A DNA stretch of 64,000 nt from NCBI GenBank assembly GCA_016187835.1, contig JACPIY010000079.1:394-64393 (forward strand). Reading direction: 5' to 3'. Position 1 is the first letter of the stretch. Each line of letters opens with the position of its first letter. This stretch comes from Deltaproteobacteria bacterium. Its GTDB lineage: Bacteria > Desulfobacterota_D > UBA1144 > Nemesobacterales > CSP1-2. The notes below the pieces were generated by a model, which was not told the origin of the DNA, made no database searches, and saw only the letters and a list, made by a program, of their open reading frames with translations. The translations under genes and the position numbers were made by a program. Positions 1 through 9,607 of this stretch are shown here, in pieces.

Positions 1-222
1 GTTCTTATTATTGCCATTAGCGGTAATGTGGCAGGCCATCAGACGGCTACTGATTACACTCTGAAGGACTGGCAAGCGAGTGGTTTGCAACGTCCCAGCG
101 TGGTAACCTCGTTCATCACGACGGTTGCACCTTCCGATATACGCCATACTATCGGACGGCTTTCAACCAATGACCTGAGGGAAGTTGATAAAAGACTACG
201 ATTATCATTGGACTTGTCCTAA
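1..222 (+). CDS. MazF/PemK-family endoribonuclease toxin, 3' portion (gene begins left of the window)
   Basis: Frame 1 is open from nt 1. Translation '...VLIIAISGNVAGHQTATDYTLKDWQASGLQRPSVVTSFITTVAPSDIRHTIGRLSTNDLREVDKRLRLSLDL' matches the PemK/MazF C-terminal pattern (SVV..dQIRTIDk.RL...iG.Ls...m..Vd.aL...LgL). Confidence 0.5.
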   Translation, partial: VLIIAISGNVAGHQTATDYTLKDWQASGLQRPSVVTSFITTVAPSDIRHTIGRLSTNDLREVDKRLRLSLDLS

Positions 223-250
223 GCATAGCTCAGGCCGAGCTGGGGGAGAT

Positions 251-504
251 ATGAAAATAAGTAAGGGTTCTATATCGAAGGCACGCTCTTATAAAGAAGT
301 TGGTGAGTTTTGGGGTTCAACGACCTCTCCGAATATTGGCACCAGACTCGACCCATTAAATTTGAAGTGTCTATTCAATCCGAGATAGCCTAATATCCAC
401 TGGCAAGTTCCTTATCAGAAAAGATTCGCTCCATAGCCAAGCAAAGAGGTATATCGCCGGAGACTCTTTTAAATCTATGGGTGCAGGAGAAGGTACAGAA
501 ATAG
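251..504 (+). pseudogene. Ribbon-helix-helix antitoxin-like gene (BrnA/CopG, DUF4415-type), frameshifted
   Basis: Frame 2 (251-388) encodes '...KEVGEFWGSTTSP...' (EFWDTHD-like motif) and stops at TAG 386-388. Frame 1 (394-504) encodes 'LSEKIRSIAKQRGISPETLLNLWVQEKVQK*', a typical C-terminus of this antitoxin family. The two halves are in different frames. Confidence 0.35.
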
Positions 505-540
505 AAAAATTAATTGGCTTAGGGCACAGATTAGAGAGTT

Positions 541-699
541 ATGAAAATTAGTTACACAGGTTCAGCTAAGGGTTGTATAAAGAGAATAGAGGAATATATA
601 GAGGCAGGGGTGAATCATTTCCTGATCCACAACTTCAGCGCTGACAGGGAATGGAGCTATAAGGTTTTGACTGAGGAAGTGATTCCGTATTTTAGGTGA
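541..699 (+). pseudogene. C-terminal fragment of an LLM-class flavin oxidoreductase (paralog of the intact gene at 18495-19550)
   Basis: 'MKISYTGSAKGCIKRIEEYIEAGVNHFLIHNFSADREWSYKVLTEEVIPYF' aligns to the last ~50 residues of the 18495-19550 protein ('GSKGDVIKRIEEYIEAGVNQFIFRDFSPDRKKSFRILSKEILPHF'). No upstream body is present. Confidence 0.5.
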
Positions 700-969
700 G
701 TTGGGTTTAATTAGGAAAGAAGTCCTTGTTGAAATTGTTGAGATGTTACTTATATTGTCTGCTCACAAAAGATTCTTGTGATACTAATAAGCAACAGTAT
801 TTAGATACCAAAGGCGCTTAGAATTAAAGTTTGGATAAACGAAGTAGTTCGGATTATTTTCTACTTAGCAGAGATAAGCAAACTAATATTCGGTTACTGC
901 ATTTTAGGCAGAAAATTAGTAACGACTTATTTACAAAATATAAGATTCTAAAGCAGAGAGGAGACTTCT

Positions 970-1464
970 ATGTTTACACGAGATATAGGTCAAAATTTTT
1001 CTAGGAAGTTAGTCAATCAAATTAGAGCAGAAGGGGTTGAAGTAGAAGTAATGGAACAGCGTTTATCGAGACCTATCCGTATTAAAATTGCAGATGTTTT
1101 GTTGTATGTAAAATATGCTAATCTAAACAAGGCTGGCAATTGGTATTTTGGTTTCTATCCAAAGGACTTAGCTGACGATACCTTCTGTCATTACGCTATT
1201 TTGCTTTGCGGTGAAAATGATGTTGTTAGAACTTATCTTATACCTTTTAAAGAGTTTTCAAGTTTTGTTCGTACCGGGACTCTTGTTGAAAGTAGCAAAC
1301 GGTCAGAACAATATCAATCACACATATTTCCTGATAGAAAATATGTGATGAAGATGATTGGGAATCCTCATTCCGAACTGCCAATGGCAGCTTTTCAATT
1401 ACATCACGGAAGTATAGATTCACATTTTGTAGAGGTATTACTCAACAAGGTCATTAGCCGCTAG
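970..1464 (+). CDS. Hypothetical protein (164 aa)
   Basis: Clean ATG ORF in an AT-rich accessory stretch. No recognisable motif. Confidence 0.35.
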   Translation: MFTRDIGQNFSRKLVNQIRAEGVEVEVMEQRLSRPIRIKIADVLLYVKYANLNKAGNWYFGFYPKDLADDTFCHYAILLCGENDVVRTYLIPFKEFSSFVRTGTLVESSKRSEQYQSHIFPDRKYVMKMIGNPHSELPMAAFQLHHGSIDSHFVEVLLNKVISR

Positions 1465-1598
1465 CTTCGCACAACATGTGATAAGGGTACGAAGTCGAGC
1501 AGTCTATTACTTAAGCTGCTGGCAAGCGGCTTTTGTTTTTATTCTCAGATTTGATTGACTTTAAACTTTTACTAAACTTCGGTAGATTTTAGATTCAG

Positions 1599-1916
1599 AT
1601 GAAAAAAAAGAAAGATTTATTAAAAAGTTTCATCGTGGGTGTTAATTATCCCAATGTAAGCGGTTTTGAGGTGTTGGAGCTACTTGATGCCAGAAGCACC
1701 ATCGCTGAGTTTGAGAGTAAACTGACCGAGGAGGAAAAGGCGGAGCTCGAGAAGGCCGATAGTTTATTCCTGTCTAACTTGGATAAGTTTTATAAAAGTG
1801 TTGCCCAGGTAGCCGACCTTCATGAGATGCGCAAACGTGTCGGAATCCCTCCCTCTCATTGGTGGTGGTATATTGAGAAACTTGTAAAAGCAAAAAAGGC
1901 AACTGTCGGTAAATAG
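1599..1916 (+). CDS. Hypothetical protein (105 aa)
   Basis: ORF with K-rich termini. No recognisable motif. Confidence 0.3.
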   Translation: MKKKKDLLKSFIVGVNYPNVSGFEVLELLDARSTIAEFESKLTEEEKAELEKADSLFLSNLDKFYKSVAQVADLHEMRKRVGIPPSHWWWYIEKLVKAKKATVGK

Positions 1917-1985
1917 GGTGAGATTACGCCTCATCCACCTTTTATATTGCTCCGTGTCTAGTTGATTGTTCTAAGAAGGAGTGGC

Positions 1986-4028
1986 CTACTTACTCCTCAA
2001 CTCAAACACCCCTTCCCAATCTTCGGGAGGAGGGGAATCTTGATACTCCTCACAACGCCTGATATATTCCTGAGAGGGTCTGTCTTTAGGGTTTAACTCC
2101 AGCGTTTTCTCAAAACACTCTCTGGCTTCATTCCACTTGCGTTTTCTGTAGAGATCAATTCCCAGCTGGAATTTCTCAAGAACCGTTTTCCTCTTATCAT
2201 CTAACTCATCTTTTTGTGTGATGAGTTCATAAACCCTTACGGGCTGATTCTTACCCACAACACGAATAATGTCTAATTCCCTCCCAACTATTTCTTCTTT
2301 TGCAAGCTCGTAAGTGTTCTCGGAAATAAGTATTTGTGTACCATAAATCTTATTTGCACCTTCGAGCCTGCTCGCAAGGTTTACCTCATCCCCAATTACC
2401 GTGTATTCAAAACGGGAAGATGAACCTATATTCCCAACCACCATCTCACCTGTGTTAATACCAAAGCGAAAACTTCTTGCAGGTATTCCTTGTGCTATCC
2501 ATCTTTCTTGTAAACTCTTTAAAAAATCCCGACATTTGAGCGCCGCAAAGCATGCAAGCACCGCGTGGTTTTCCTGCGGAACGGGTGCTCCCCAGAAAGC
2601 AACAATTGCGTCTCCCTGAAACTGATTGATCGTTCCGTTGAACTCTAGGATTGCTGAACTCATGCCTTCGAAATACTCGTTCAGATGTTTTACGATTTCT
2701 TCCGGCGGTAGGGTTTCAGACAAGCTGGTAAATCCACCGATATCAGAGAACATTACCGTAAGCTCTTTCTTTAATCCTCCCAGTCGCACCATATCAGGGT
2801 TTTTAATGATTTCTGAAGCTACCGCCTTTGAAACATAACGCTCAAAAGTACTTTTGATAAACTCCCTTTCTTTCAGACCCTCGGCCATCTCATTGAAGGC
2901 ACCGCCAAGCTGTTCGAGTTCATCACCAGTTCGAATGTCAACCTTTGTATCAAGCTCACCTTCTCCGATTTTTCTCGCGGCCGAGGCAAGAGCCCGGACT
3001 GGCTTTGTGACTCCACCTGCTAAAAGGAAGCTGAGCGCTATAGCTATAAGCAGAATGAGTCCACCTATCAAAAGCAGCGTGATTCGTAATTTCCTCAAGA
3101 AGCTAAGCTCCTCGGTTAGGGATTTTAAAACTATAAATCCACTTTCTTCTATCGGCTCACCGGGAAGAATCGAAGACCTCATAGCCATAAACCTCTCTCC
3201 GCCAATTGATACTTGACTAACAGAATCCTCGCTTTCCTTTTCTATTACGTTTGAACTAATGAGCTTTGATATTTCGTCCTCTTTTTCGGGTGGCAGAGTA
3301 GAAGCATTAATAATTTCTTTTGAATATAGAACTATATCCACGGACGAAATCTCTTTTATGCTCTCAAGGGTTTTTCTATCAATACGGCGACCCCATAGAA
3401 CTACACCGTGAATCTCCTCTCCAAACACAACCGGTTTTCCCACTATCTGGTATATTGCACCACGGTCTTCTGGAGGAAAAATCTTTATACCTATTTGGCT
3501 GCCAAGGCGGGAGTTCAATATGCCTACGGCTTCACCTTCTTCGAAAACTCTTCCGAAAATTGGAAGGTTGCTCAAGCTCTTGCCGAATTCCTCCGGGTCC
3601 GCCTTTGTAAAGAGAAGTTCTCCCTCGGCGTTTGTCACAAGAAAGACATCGCTCCTCTGGTAGATAGAGATAAATGGAAGAAGGGAGTTGAGCCTGAGGT
3701 TGGCGTCCTTTAAAATTTCGTTTTGATCTGTAGGCAAGCCAAACCCGAAGTCCTCGGTTCCGACAGATGCCGTCGAGAGTATCGTGCGAAATTGAGGATT
3801 GCTCATTGTAAGTGAGCTAATCTCATCCAATGCAAACTGAGTTCTAAGTTCCTGAAGCTGTCTGAAAGCATAGATAGCGCTTTCAAACCTTGTTTTTATA
3901 TTTTGCTTTATCGGATTTTTAGTCGCTTCCTGAAAGACAAGCAGAACTGTTGCGATTGAAAGGAAAACAACCACTCCAAGAACGATAAATATTTTACTTC
4001 GGAAGCTAAGGGGTATTTTGGAAAACAT
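1986..4028 (-). CDS. Membrane sensor adenylate/guanylate cyclase (class III) with HAMP domain and C-terminal TPR
   Basis: N-terminal TM helix, periplasmic region, second TM, HAMP-like segment, cyclase core 'FSDIGGFTSLSE...GDAIVAFWGAP...NTGEMVVGNIGS' and a TPR-like tail. Confidence 0.8.
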   Translation of the reverse strand: MFSKIPLSFRSKIFIVLGVVVFLSIATVLLVFQEATKNPIKQNIKTRFESAIYAFRQLQELRTQFALDEISSLTMSNPQFRTILSTASVGTEDFGFGLPTDQNEILKDANLRLNSLLPFISIYQRSDVFLVTNAEGELLFTKADPEEFGKSLSNLPIFGRVFEEGEAVGILNSRLGSQIGIKIFPPEDRGAIYQIVGKPVVFGEEIHGVVLWGRRIDRKTLESIKEISSVDIVLYSKEIINASTLPPEKEDEISKLISSNVIEKESEDSVSQVSIGGERFMAMRSSILPGEPIEESGFIVLKSLTEELSFLRKLRITLLLIGGLILLIAIALSFLLAGGVTKPVRALASAARKIGEGELDTKVDIRTGDELEQLGGAFNEMAEGLKEREFIKSTFERYVSKAVASEIIKNPDMVRLGGLKKELTVMFSDIGGFTSLSETLPPEEIVKHLNEYFEGMSSAILEFNGTINQFQGDAIVAFWGAPVPQENHAVLACFAALKCRDFLKSLQERWIAQGIPARSFRFGINTGEMVVGNIGSSSRFEYTVIGDEVNLASRLEGANKIYGTQILISENTYELAKEEIVGRELDIIRVVGKNQPVRVYELITQKDELDDKRKTVLEKFQLGIDLYRKRKWNEARECFEKTLELNPKDRPSQEYIRRCEEYQDSPPPEDWEGVFELRSK

Positions 4029-4079
4029 ATTAATATTTAGCCACAGATTAACACGAATTTACACCGATAAATGATGCAT

Positions 4080-4146
4080 GATGCACGATTCACGATACAT
4101 GATGGATCTTTTATCCTGCATCTTGTATCTTGCATCCTATTTATTT
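4080..4146. repeat. Dispersed heptamer-tandem intergenic element, copy A (inverted relative to copies B and C)
   Basis: 'atgatgc atgatgc acgattc acgatac atgatgg ... atcctgc atcttgt atcttgc atcc'. It is the reverse complement of the GATRCAR/CATGAAT arrays at 32587-32650 and 55364-55447. Confidence 0.6.
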
Positions 4147-4193
4147 CCATTCGTGCTTATCTGTGTCAATTTGTGGCTAATTCTTCAAAATAT

Positions 4194-4889
4194 TTAAGAT
4201 TCCCAGTCGTCCCCTCCCGGATAGTCGGAGCCGTCTTTTCGCTTGTGAGGTGGTATCTTTTCTATTTCTTTGAGTTCAAAGTTTGCTACTGTTTCCTGCC
4301 CTGGAAGAACTTCAATTTCAGAGTTAACCCTCTGAGTTTTGGGTTTCCAAGCGTTTATAGTATATCTTCCAGGAGGAACATCGGTTATAACAAACTTCCC
4401 ATCTTTTCCCACCTCCGCAAAGGCTTTATTCTCTAGGATAAGAACGAAAGAAATCATCTGCGGGTGAATATTACAGAAAACCGGCACAAGACCCGGCTTA
4501 TCGAACGTAACGTCCTTTGGCGGGTCGGTGGACTTGTATTGACCGAGGTCAAAGGACTTAATAGGTGAAACGGAAAAGACATTGTGATATATATTGTCAT
4601 AGTTCGGGAAGCTGACAGTTTGCCCGGCGACTACTGGAAGGAGCATAGGATGAAAGGTTTTATCTTCTTGAATTAGATTGGGAATCTCCTTCGGAGGCTC
4701 CGTTACAAGTCCCGTAAGATAAACAAGTACGCCACTCGTGTCATCTTTCTCTTTAAGTCCTCCCATAAGCTTCTTTTCAAGAACTTTTACCGTTCCGGTG
4801 ATACTGCCTTTGGTAGACTGGGAATATCCAACTGTAGAGAAAACAAAAGCCAAAATAAAGAAGACTAAAATATGAATCCCTGTCTTCAT
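4194..4889 (-). CDS. Secreted cupredoxin-domain protein (amicyanin/pseudoazurin-like type-1 Cu site) with a C-terminal carboxypeptidase-regulatory-like beta-sandwich
   Basis: Start ATG (revcomp of 4887-4889) with RBS GGAGGAGG. Signal peptide 'MKTGIHILVFFILAFVFSTVGYSQ'. 'YHNVFSV' (His ligand, HNV motif) and 'CNIHPQM' (Cys-x2-His-x2-Met) match type-1 copper ligands. The ORF-track N-terminal extension is not coding. Confidence 0.6.
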   Translation of the reverse strand: MKTGIHILVFFILAFVFSTVGYSQSTKGSITGTVKVLEKKLMGGLKEKDDTSGVLVYLTGLVTEPPKEIPNLIQEDKTFHPMLLPVVAGQTVSFPNYDNIYHNVFSVSPIKSFDLGQYKSTDPPKDVTFDKPGLVPVFCNIHPQMISFVLILENKAFAEVGKDGKFVITDVPPGRYTINAWKPKTQRVNSEIEVLPGQETVANFELKEIEKIPPHKRKDGSDYPGGDDWES

Positions 4890-4921
4890 AAAGAACCTCC
4901 TCCTAAGTAACGAACTCATCG

Positions 4922-4953
4922 CTGTAGAGACGCATTGCAATGCGTCTCTACAG
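4922..4953. promoter_or_regulatory. Perfect 32-bp palindrome (16+16, no loop), 33 bp upstream of the cupredoxin gene
   Basis: 'ctgtagagacgcattg|caatgcgtctctacag'. A GC hairpin follows at 4980-5001 (gggcagac-acgggg-gtctgccc), probably the porin terminator. Confidence 0.35.
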
Positions 4954-5054
4954 TAGTGGCAATCTCCAATAGTCACTCAGGGCAGACACGGGGGTCTGCC
5001 CCTACAATTGTAATACAATGATACAATCTTGTTTGTATAAAATACCCTTTCACT

Positions 5055-6421
5055 CTAAAAACTCACCGTAAATTGCGTCCTGAACCTGTTGGTATCAATA
5101 TCAATAAGCTCATTCCTAATAAAAGAGTAATCAAACTGAAGCTTCATGTTATGATTTTTCGTGAAATAAAAACTCAGCCCAGGCGTAACCTCCCAGATTT
5201 TGTCATCACCTGAGTCGTTATCCAGGCCTATAAGAACAAATCTTCCCGCAACCTCGACAAACTTGGGAATGAGAAACACGCCGGACTGAACCCTTATTCC
5301 CTGAGCGAGAACACTATCTATCCCAGTTTCCTCTGGATTTATGTTTCTGAGGTCATACTCCGCCTCAAATGAAAAGATCAGGTATTTAATCGTAAGGTCG
5401 GCAGAGAACTGAAAAATATCGCTTTCGGCTGAACCTAAAGCAGTAACCCTGTCGTTAATGAAAGCATTGTCGGGGCTTTTTTCAGCAGGCTTAAACCCTG
5501 GAAGATATGCCATAGCGGCGCTAAGAGCTATAAGCGGAATTTGAGGATTTCCGAATGTCCCCTGAGAATAGGTATAATCGCCAGAAACAGGGAAAGGATT
5601 AATTGAAGAATACCTAGGCTCCCCGGTCGGTGTGAACATAACTCTTCCTACGTATAGCAGATTTGAGTTTTCACTAAGGGAATCCCTTCCATTGCCGTTA
5701 AATACACCCAAGCTGTATGTGAAGAATCTACTTAAGACACCTCCAATAGAAGCGCCTACATCGCGACCTAATCTAAATTCTTGGTTCAGGATAGAGGTAT
5801 CCACAAATTGGAGGTTAAAGGGATCGGTTAGTTCCTCTCTGTTGAAGGGAACCCTGTACTGACCGAATCTAGGAACTGCCTGAATGAATCTTGCCAGGTC
5901 AATAGAATAGTCTAAAAGCTCCACATCACCGCTCGCTTCAAGTATGAGCAAATACTTAAGCCAGGGACGGAAAGCATTTCCCCTAAAGGTTATCCATAGC
6001 CTCGGTATGTCAAAACCGGTATCGGTATCACCTTCTCGGTCATCCACAGAGAATCGGAATTGGGAACGGAAGTCGGTTTTAAGTGAAAATAATCCGTCTT
6101 GCGTACTAAAGAAAAACCCATTACTGTAGCCGACTTCAATATTTCTCCACCACTCGGTAACGAAAGTTGTGGCCGAAGACTCTTCCTCTTTCTCCGGCAG
6201 TTTACTTGGTTCCTCGTATTCCTTCAGACCTTTATTCTTAGCTTCAAGGTCTTCAATACGTTTTTTTAACTCCTGAATCTGCTTTTCATTCTCTTCTTGA
6301 ATTCGCTGTATCTCGGATTTAAGCCTTCCAATTTCTGCGCTCGTTTCATCCTCGGTCGGCGTTTGTCCATAGGTTTCTGCAGGAATGGAAACAAATAAAG
6401 AAAAGAATAAAATCCAGATCA
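5055..6421 (-). CDS. Outer-membrane porin with N-terminal coiled coil (OprO/P- or DcaP-like beta-barrel)
   Basis: Signal peptide 'LIWILFFSLFVSIPAETYGQ', ~90 aa coiled-coil (EIGRLKSEIQRIQEENEKQIQELKKRIEDLEAKNKGLKE), then beta-strand-rich body ending in aromatic 'FTVSF'. Start is placed at TTG 6419-6421; the longer ORF-track start reads through non-coding DNA. Confidence 0.55.
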
Positions 6422-6900
6422 ATATTTGTAGGGGCGAACCTTGTATTCGCCCTGTGAGATAGCTTCCGACATCTAACAGGGTTCGCCCAGTATTTTGGCA
6501 ATCATGTAGTGTAAGGTGCTGTATTACCCGAACCTGCCTTATCTGGTGCGCAGTTTGCCCCAGATGGCAATAAAGAGCTTGGTTCGGGAGGTAATAAACA
6601 GTACGCACCAGATGGAAATAAAAAGACTTGTTCCCACAAGAGGAATTGGAAAATTTTAGCATTGGTGGCGACTTGATGTTTAACAATAAAACCTCATGAC
6701 TAAATCCCGGAGATAGATGAAAAGAATTGTAATACCATTTTAACAAACTATTAAGTTTCAATCACAAATCTTATTGTATACAATCTTATACAGCAAAGTA
6801 AATGGTATTATTTGATTCCATATTATTCGGTGCGCAGCATGCACCGAAGGTTAATAATATGAATCATATGGAAATAGATGGTATTTAAAGGAGAAAAATC

Positions 6901-8205
6901 ATGAACGTTCCAGAGGGTCTTAGCCTTGCACTAAACTTCGGGCTTCTAGATGCAATATTTACGAGACGATCAAGAAGGTTTGGTTTGGGAATGGAGATGA
7001 AAGAAGGGACATTAAAACACAAGTCCAGGTTTGAACCAATACCACTTACGGAGCTGGAAGAGGCTTTTCTAATCTGGGCAGGAACAGGAATGACTGGACT
7101 TTCGCTCGGCGACCTTCCCAGAACTGGAATCTCCTGGCTTTTTCAGTGGACTGGGCGCTCCTGGCCCTGTTCATGCAACTCACATTCAACTGAACTCTTC
7201 TACACAAATGACAATGGCGTGTATATGGTAAAGCTTTTTAACCTCATGCCGGAGCAAGGGGAGACATCAATTTTCCCCGGTAAAACGGAAGAGGAAAAAT
7301 TGGATAAGGTTTTACAGCTTTTTAGAAAGAGCTTAATAAAGCTTCAAGATGGAAGGGCAGATTTGCCAAAAGGCGAGCCGGGGCTTTTTGATTTTAATGC
7401 CTGGAATGCGAATAAGCCGGGAACAACGTTTTTCATTCCTGTAACTAACACGACGGTTGAATACATGGTCCTTCTTTTTATCTACTTTGGCTCAAGATAC
7501 GGATTCAACATAATTGACGAGCTAAACGGCGGAAGGTCATGCGGCCTGGATAAATGGATCAAGAAAGGTTATATAAAAAATGATGTCAGAATGTCTCTTT
7601 TTGACCTAGAGCTTCGAGTTCTTACTACACTGAATGTTGAACAGGCTTTTATATGTCAGAATATGAACCTCGCGCTTCAGGCCCTAGGGCTTGGCGGTTG
7701 GGCTTTTACAGGATTTCTCCCCCACTATGCTCTGGGAGTAAACCCATCTTACAAGGGACTCGGATTCAGGTTCATAACGCCTGATAAGAGTTTAAGAAGC
7801 ATGCTGAGTCCGGTTCCCGTGGGACGTGATGGTGCGTTTGAAGCTCTCTGTCCGCCCTACGTCAAGGATATGGGCGAAGCAGTGGATAAGTTCCTAAAAA
7901 TGAGGGGGGATTTCTGGAAAGAGGGAAACCCATATCCCTATCAGAACCCTCAGGGGATACTCGATGATGAATACCACCCGTCGGAAGAGAGAATAGAGAT
8001 TGTAACAGACTTCTGCACCTACGTTTATGAAAACTATGGGAGATTTCCTGCATTTCTCGATCCAATGTTTGTAAGACTCGTCTTTCAGGCTCACCATCTT
8101 GACCTGGAATTTTACGACAAGCACTACACAGAGGGAGCTTACACGGAGGTTCATAAAAATCACTTCAAACTCTGGCATCCAGAGATCGGCAATTCATTTG
8201 ATTAA
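6901..8205 (+). CDS. Large nitroreductase-superfamily-like protein (434 aa)
   Basis: N-terminal 'FTRRSRRFG' and C-terminal 'QNMNLALQALGLGGWAFTGF' resemble the two hallmark nitroreductase-fold motifs. Strong RBS AAAGGAG upstream. Confidence 0.45.
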   Translation: MNVPEGLSLALNFGLLDAIFTRRSRRFGLGMEMKEGTLKHKSRFEPIPLTELEEAFLIWAGTGMTGLSLGDLPRTGISWLFQWTGRSWPCSCNSHSTELFYTNDNGVYMVKLFNLMPEQGETSIFPGKTEEEKLDKVLQLFRKSLIKLQDGRADLPKGEPGLFDFNAWNANKPGTTFFIPVTNTTVEYMVLLFIYFGSRYGFNIIDELNGGRSCGLDKWIKKGYIKNDVRMSLFDLELRVLTTLNVEQAFICQNMNLALQALGLGGWAFTGFLPHYALGVNPSYKGLGFRFITPDKSLRSMLSPVPVGRDGAFEALCPPYVKDMGEAVDKFLKMRGDFWKEGNPYPYQNPQGILDDEYHPSEERIEIVTDFCTYVYENYGRFPAFLDPMFVRLVFQAHHLDLEFYDKHYTEGAYTEVHKNHFKLWHPEIGNSFD

Positions 8206-8334
8206 ATTCAATTATTTAAGCCAGGATAGTTGGAGCAGCGGGGCGGGCTCTCTAATGTTCAGTTTTATTAAGTATAGAAGCCAATTGAAGACCTGGAAAA
8301 AAGCAAATTATAACAAAAAGTTAATCAAAAGTAG

Positions 8335-8362
8335 TTGACATGATGGCAAGAGGTGTTATAAA
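8335..8362 (+). promoter_or_regulatory. Sigma70-like promoter for the globin gene
   Basis: TTGACA (8335-8340), 16-bp spacer, TATAAA (8357-8362). Downstream RBS AGGAGG precedes the ATG at 8420. Confidence 0.35.
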
Positions 8363-8419
8363 ATCCAAAATTAGTAATGACAACTAACTAGCAGGAAATA
8401 CCAGTTAGGAGGATATGTT

Positions 8420-8866
8420 ATGAAAAACTACAGAAAGTTTGTTTGGATTATTGCATTAGCACTTGCCTTGTCGGGATTAAATTTAGGCTGTGAACAAGCT
8501 CCCAAAGAGAAATCCCTATACGACCGGCTCGGTGGTAATGAGGCAATTACTGCAGTCGTTGATGACTTTACTTCCCGTGTCGCAGCAGACACACGTATTA
8601 ATGAGTTCTTTGTGAACATGGATATTCCACACTTCAAGCAATGCCTTGTGGATCAAATTTGCGAGGCAAGCGGGGGCCCATGTAAATACACTTGCAGAGA
8701 CATGAAATCCGCTCATGCCGGAATGGGCATCTCAAGCGCCGATTTTAACGCGCTCGTCGAGGACTTGGTTGCAACTTTGGATCAGTTCAAAGTTGGACAA
8801 AAGGAAAAAGACGAGCTTTTAGGTGTGCTCGGTCCGATGCAAAAGGACATAGTTGAAAAACCGTGA
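8420..8866 (+). CDS. Truncated-hemoglobin (group I trHb / cyanoglobin-like) lipoprotein
   Basis: Lipobox 'LSGLNLGC'. 'LYDRLGGNEAITAVVDDFTSRVAADTRINEFF' matches the trHb N-terminal signature. Confidence 0.6.
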   Translation: MKNYRKFVWIIALALALSGLNLGCEQAPKEKSLYDRLGGNEAITAVVDDFTSRVAADTRINEFFVNMDIPHFKQCLVDQICEASGGPCKYTCRDMKSAHAGMGISSADFNALVEDLVATLDQFKVGQKEKDELLGVLGPMQKDIVEKP

Positions 8867-8995
8867 CCTTGATTGTCCTTCTTGGACGAACTAAGGAGCT
8901 CACGGGATTTTGCATAACATTTCCAACGTCTTAAGCCTGTTTATTTTAACTTCTTTATAAACCGAGGAACGGGTTGTTTTACATCATTTCAGTTT

Positions 8996-9022
8996 GTAGG
9001 GAATGCAAATTGCATTCCCTAC
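8996..9022. other. Perfect stem-loop (12-bp stem, 3-nt loop) downstream of the globin gene
   Basis: 'gtagggaatgca aat tgcattccctac'. No U-tract follows. Confidence 0.3.
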
Positions 9023-9155
9023 ATCTTAACAAAAATTTCTGAATCTACTATTTTTTCAGATTATTCGGGTTATAATTTTTTGTATTCGAAAGAAACTAGC
9101 CGGCACGTGAAAACCTAAACATAGCTTTTAAGAATAAAATTAAAAGGAGCCTAGA

Positions 9156-9461
9156 ATGACAAAAGGGGAGCTTCTAGAGGAGTTTGAGCACGTTGTGAGT
9201 GATTTTATAAAGGCACATGCAGACGAGCTAAAGCAGAACGTTAATTGGGGGAAAATGCCAAACGGAATGCTTTTCGGTATTGCCGATATAAGTTCAAATG
9301 ATTTTGTTGTAACTCTGCTAAGAAGTTTTAGAGATAGCGGCGCGAGAATAATTGATAGCGGCCGCTGGGAACCATTTCCAAATTTTGGATTCCCTATTAA
9401 TTGGCCACTAGACAAACTCCATGCCGAAGAAATCGTTGATTGGAATGCCGAGCTAGGCTGA
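9156..9461 (+). CDS. Hypothetical protein (101 aa)
   Basis: ATG ORF with RBS AAAGGAG. No motif recognised. Confidence 0.3.
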   Translation: MTKGELLEEFEHVVSDFIKAHADELKQNVNWGKMPNGMLFGIADISSNDFVVTLLRSFRDSGARIIDSGRWEPFPNFGFPINWPLDKLHAEEIVDWNAELG

Positions 9462-9607
9462 AATTAGAAGAACCTGATTATTGTTTCTTCCTGATTTGGT
9501 CGATAATTAAAGAGCCAGTTATTAAGCTTTGGGTTTTTAAACCAATACCAGCACCTAAGGTCTAACACCAGAATTCAATATATTGTGCCATTTCGTGGCC
9601 GGGAAAT

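Noticed and set aside
2401-3713. Several plus-strand ORFs of 70-120 aa inside the cyclase gene
   Set aside because: They are antisense shadow ORFs within a well-supported minus-strand CDS. They have low-complexity S/P-rich translations and no RBS.
5055-6761. ORF-track 568-aa version of the porin with N-terminal extension 'MKLNSLLKWYYNSFH...'
   Set aside because: The ~110 N-terminal residues precede the signal peptide and cover hairpin-rich non-coding DNA. The start was moved to 6421.
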